Shown here one piece after another: positions 60,283 through 64,000 of a stretch of DNA of 64,000 nucleotides. The stretch's first letter is position 1; each line of letters starts with the position of its first letter. The stretch lies in NCBI GenBank assembly GCA_052279835.1, contig CP181291.1, positions 3,264,001 through 3,328,000 on the forward strand. Direction: 5' to 3'. A program made the position numbers and the translations under genes. The DNA comes from Microcoleus sp. GTDB lineage: Bacteria; Cyanobacteriota; Cyanobacteriia; Cyanobacteriales; Microcoleaceae. The notes below the pieces were generated by a model that ran no database searches, was not told the DNA's origin, and saw only the letters and a list, made by a program, of their open reading frames with translations.

Positions 60283-63147
60283 ATGAGCGATCGTGAAAAA
60301 ACTAAAGAACAACTTATGGATGAATTAGAAGCATTGCGAGCGGAATTAGCGACTCTCACAAGCTTGAGATCGCCTCGTGAACAGCATAAACTCATAGAGG
60401 ATGATGCCGCTTGCGATCGGCAAATCAGTTTACCTGAGTTACTGAATGCCCTCCAAAAGCTAATCCACGAACAAACATCCTACCTGAACAATATTAACGC
60501 TCACCTCCATGAAGAAATCGCAGAGCGTAAACTTCTCGAAAAAAAACTAGCCTACTCGGAAAATAAAATTAGGTCTATATTGGAAGCCATGACTGACGTA
60601 ATCCTGATCGTAAATCTCCAAGGTGAGGATCTAAACAGTATTGACATTGCTCCCATGAATAATTTAGCCCTTGATGCTCTCCGTAGTGAGATAGTCAATC
60701 AGACGATTAATCGCTTTTTTCAAGAGCCATTGAATAGCGATTGGCTGCAACGAGTGCGGCAAGTAGCCACCTCTCGAAAAACAGCTCAACTAGACTACTC
60801 TCTGTCGGTAGGAAGTCAATTCTTATGGTTTTCAGCAATGATTTCTCCCATCAATGAGACAGCAGTAACCTGGGTGGCAAGAGATATTAGCGAGCGTAAA
60901 CTAGCAGAAGCAAAACTCCAACAACTGAATACAGAACTAGAACAAAGAATTTTAGAACGCACCATCGCTTTACGACAGAGCGAAGCCCATTTACAAGAAG
61001 CACAAAAATTTGCCAAATTAGGGAGTTGGGAATTTGATGTATTTACAAACCAAGTTATTTGGTCTCCTGAAATATATCAAATCTATGGACTCGATACCCA
61101 GGATGCAGAATTCACTCCTGAACAAGTCTGGCACAAATTTTCTCCAGAGGATCGAGAACGTCTTAAGAATCATCTAAAAAATGCTATTCAGTGCCGACAA
61201 TCCTATGCAACTGACTTAAAATTTATGCGGGCAGATGGTTCTTGTGGTTATATTTTTGCAAAAGGAGAACCTATTTGTAATGAGAGGGGAGAAGTTGTAA
61301 GAATTGTTGGCATTATGATAGACATCACCGAACGCAAACAATCAGAAATTATGCTGATCAATGCGGAAAAACGTTGGAAATTTGTTTTTGATAACGTGCA
61401 ATTAGTGGTGGTGGAATTTGACATTAATGGTGTGATTAAGTATATCAATCCTTTTTTTTTAAATCTAACAGATTATACCGAAGCAGAAGTTTTAGGTCGG
61501 CCATGGCTGGAAACCTTTGTGCCTCGTGCTGATTGGCAACAATTTGAAAATGTGTTTTCAGAAAAATTAGGTTCTCAGAATCATTATTATTATGAAAATA
61601 GAATTTTAACAAAATCAGGAATAGAAAGATTTATTGTTTGGAATAATACAGTTTTGAAAAATTCCGCCGGAAACACGATCGGTATCTTCAGTATTGGTGA
61701 AGATATTACCGATCGCAAAGCAACGGAAACTGCTTTGCAAGAGTCAAAACAACAATATCAAACTCTCGTAGAAAATTCTCCCAATATTATAGAACGCTTC
61801 GATACGGCATTACGACATCTTTATGTCAGCCCGTCCTTGACAAAAATCACTGGGATTTCAGCGGAGGTATTTTTGGGGAAAACTTGTCGTGAATTGGCAT
61901 TATCAGAAGCGATGATTAATACTTGGGAAACTGCGGCGGAGACTCTGTTGACAACAGGGAAAAAACAGACTATTGAGTTTGAGAGATTAACACTACATGG
62001 CCTCCGTTTTTTCGAGATGGAAATGGCTCCTGAACTGACAAATCAAGGTATAATTGAGTCAATTCTCTGCCTTTCGAGGGATGTCACCGATCGCAAACTT
62101 GCAGAAGAAACTCTTCAAAGAGTTAATCAAGAATTGCAAGAACGAGTTGCCGAACTCAAGCAAAGAAATGCTGAGATGTTTCTGCTCAATGGGATTAGCG
62201 ATTACTTACAATCTTGTTTAACAGTGGCGGAAGCTTGCGCTACAATCGGCACCCTATCCCAACCCTTATTTCCTGAAAGTGGTGGGGCTATTTTTATGAT
62301 GACCAACTCGCGGGATCTGTTAGAAATGGTAACATCCTGGGGGAATCCGCTGTATTCTGAAACCATATTTGTTCCCAAGGATTGTTGGGCTCTGCGACGG
62401 GGGAGACTGCATTGGATTGGTGACGAGCGACACGATCTTTTCTGCAACCATATTGACCACGAAAATCCCCCTGTAGAGTCTCTTTGTATGCCGATGATAG
62501 CTCAAGGGGAGACCATAGGGTTACTGTATTTGTGTGCTTCAAAACCACATCAAATGACTGAAAATAGGCAACTATTAGCACGGAGAGTAGCAGAACAGTT
62601 GGGATTGGCGATCGCCAATATTACCCTTAGAGAAAAATTAGTCAATCAAAGCATCCGCGATGCTCTAACAGGCTTGTTCAATCGCCGCTATCTGGAAGAA
62701 TTTCTAACTAAAGAAATCGCTAGAGCAGACCGCAATCAATATAGTGTGGGTATGATCATGCTCGATCTCGATCGCTTCAGGGAATTTAATAACACCTTGG
62801 GTCATGATGCAGGAGATTTAGTGTTGAAAGAAATCGGTAAACTGCTAAATAATATGATTAGAGCTTCCGATGTTGCTTGTCGCTATGGTGGTGAAGAAAT
62901 GACCATAATTTTGCCAGAAGCTTCTCTGGAAGGGACTTATCAAAAAGCCGAAGAAATCAGAAAGGCGATCGAAAAATTACAACTCAATTATCAAGGAAAA
63001 AAGATGACATCTATAACCGCTTCGTTGGGAGTAGCCTCCTACCCCGATCGAGGTAAGACTGGTTTTGCGGTGATTCAGGCTGCGGATGCTGCGCTGTATC
63101 GAGCCAAGGCTGCTGGACGCAATCAGGTGATTGTTGCCGATCGATAA
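60283..63147 (+). CDS. Multi-PAS, GAF diguanylate cyclase
   Basis: Four PAS/PAC (DISERK, DITERK, DITDRK, DVTDRK), GAF, DALTGLFNRR, RASD I-site, GGEEM. Confidence 0.92.
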   Translation: MSDREKTKEQLMDELEALRAELATLTSLRSPREQHKLIEDDAACDRQISLPELLNALQKLIHEQTSYLNNINAHLHEEIAERKLLEKKLAYSENKIRSILEAMTDVILIVNLQGEDLNSIDIAPMNNLALDALRSEIVNQTINRFFQEPLNSDWLQRVRQVATSRKTAQLDYSLSVGSQFLWFSAMISPINETAVTWVARDISERKLAEAKLQQLNTELEQRILERTIALRQSEAHLQEAQKFAKLGSWEFDVFTNQVIWSPEIYQIYGLDTQDAEFTPEQVWHKFSPEDRERLKNHLKNAIQCRQSYATDLKFMRADGSCGYIFAKGEPICNERGEVVRIVGIMIDITERKQSEIMLINAEKRWKFVFDNVQLVVVEFDINGVIKYINPFFLNLTDYTEAEVLGRPWLETFVPRADWQQFENVFSEKLGSQNHYYYENRILTKSGIERFIVWNNTVLKNSAGNTIGIFSIGEDITDRKATETALQESKQQYQTLVENSPNIIERFDTALRHLYVSPSLTKITGISAEVFLGKTCRELALSEAMINTWETAAETLLTTGKKQTIEFERLTLHGLRFFEMEMAPELTNQGIIESILCLSRDVTDRKLAEETLQRVNQELQERVAELKQRNAEMFLLNGISDYLQSCLTVAEACATIGTLSQPLFPESGGAIFMMTNSRDLLEMVTSWGNPLYSETIFVPKDCWALRRGRLHWIGDERHDLFCNHIDHENPPVESLCMPMIAQGETIGLLYLCASKPHQMTENRQLLARRVAEQLGLAIANITLREKLVNQSIRDALTGLFNRRYLEEFLTKEIARADRNQYSVGMIMLDLDRFREFNNTLGHDAGDLVLKEIGKLLNNMIRASDVACRYGGEEMTIILPEASLEGTYQKAEEIRKAIEKLQLNYQGKKMTSITASLGVASYPDRGKTGFAVIQAADAALYRAKAAGRNQVIVADR

Positions 63148-63228
63148 GCCTGGAAGATAAATCTAACATACTCCTGACTCAAAATAATCTACCAAAGTCA
63201 CCTAGCAAATAGACAAACTGATACAATC

Positions 63229-63669
63229 GTGATGAGTAAATTAATTAAGGAGATGCTAGATATGGAAAAAACAAATACTATTTCTGATGTTCATGGGACA
63301 AAAGCTGTCATTTTATTGGCAGAGGATAATGAAGCAAATATTGAAACTTTTTGTTCGTATCTGAGTGCTTTTGGCTATGAAATTATTATCGCCAATAATG
63401 GTAAGGAAGCGATCGAAATTGCTACCACAGCCACTCTTGACTTAATTCTCATGGATATTCAAATGCCAATTATGGATGGTTTTGAAGCTATCTTAACCTT
63501 GCGTAAAGAACCAAAATTAGATAGAGTTCCTATTGTGGCACTCACAGCCCTAGCACTGGTAGGCGATCGCGAGAGATGTTTGGCTGCTGGTGCTAATGAA
63601 TATTTGTCTAAACCAGTTAAAATGAAATTATTAGTAACTACTATCCGAGAATTGTTAGGAGAAATTTAA
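63229..63669 (+). CDS. Single-domain response regulator
   Basis: LAEDN, MDIQMP, LTA, SKP. Confidence 0.9.
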   Translation: MMSKLIKEMLDMEKTNTISDVHGTKAVILLAEDNEANIETFCSYLSAFGYEIIIANNGKEAIEIATTATLDLILMDIQMPIMDGFEAILTLRKEPKLDRVPIVALTALALVGDRERCLAAGANEYLSKPVKMKLLVTTIRELLGEI

Positions 63670-63805
63670 ACGGGGATTGGCTAGTGTTGTCAGCTAATTT
63701 TTGTGGGTTTGCTTTCCTGGGCGAAAACATTAGGTATGTTCAGGGATTTTCAAAGCTGGTTGTCGATCGAGCGATAAATTTTTCCCAGTAGGAGTCAAAT
63801 AAATC

Positions 63806-64000
63806 ATGGTAAGTGAAAAATCTCGGATTCCTGTAGCTTTGACGATCGCAGGTTCTGATAGTGGCGGTGGGGCTGGGATTCAGGCGGATTTGCGGACTTT
63901 TGCCTTTCATTGCGTGCACGGGACGAGTGCTTTGACTTGCGTTACTGCTCAAAATACGTTGGGGGTGACGCGGGTGGATGCTTTGTCTGCTGAGGCTGTC
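63806..64000 (+). CDS. thiD: Hydroxymethylpyrimidine/phosphomethylpyrimidine kinase, 5' part
   Basis: Manual translation [32 protein letters not shown]...TAQNT. Confidence 0.92.
   Translation, partial: MVSEKSRIPVALTIAGSDSGGGAGIQADLRTFAFHCVHGTSALTCVTAQNTLGVTRVDALSAEAV

Noticed and set aside
1..64000. GCGATCGC over-representation as a novel signal
   Set aside because: This is the well-known cyanobacterial HIP1 palindrome.

Overview
64 kb of chromosome from a filamentous cyanobacterium. HIP1 octamers (GCGATCGC), STRR heptamers and REP-like palindromes are abundant, and the gene content suggests Oscillatoriales/Microcoleus-like (inference). The backbone is housekeeping: sdhB, radC, comEC, tRNA-Ser(CGA), pmgA, asnS, an M16 peptidase pair, cbiG, dapB, cobH, ftsQ-ftsZ and thiD. 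Signalling genes are dense: a triple-cyanobacteriochrome His kinase followed by receivers and an adenylate cyclase, two more adenylate cyclases, and two c-di-GMP enzymes. Accessory content: (1) a complete IS607 (tnpA+tnpB) with a passenger ORF; (2) a TnpB-only IS605/IS1341 element that appears to split a structured non-coding region; (3) a four-helix-bundle gene bracketed by inverted heptamer arrays; (4) a TPR-CHAT protease / small protein / 2-TM protein trio resembling a CATRA-type conflict system, with the protease gene doubly broken; (5) a P-loop ATPase plus a STAND-WD40 gene. All family assignments are by motif recognition only; no searches were run.
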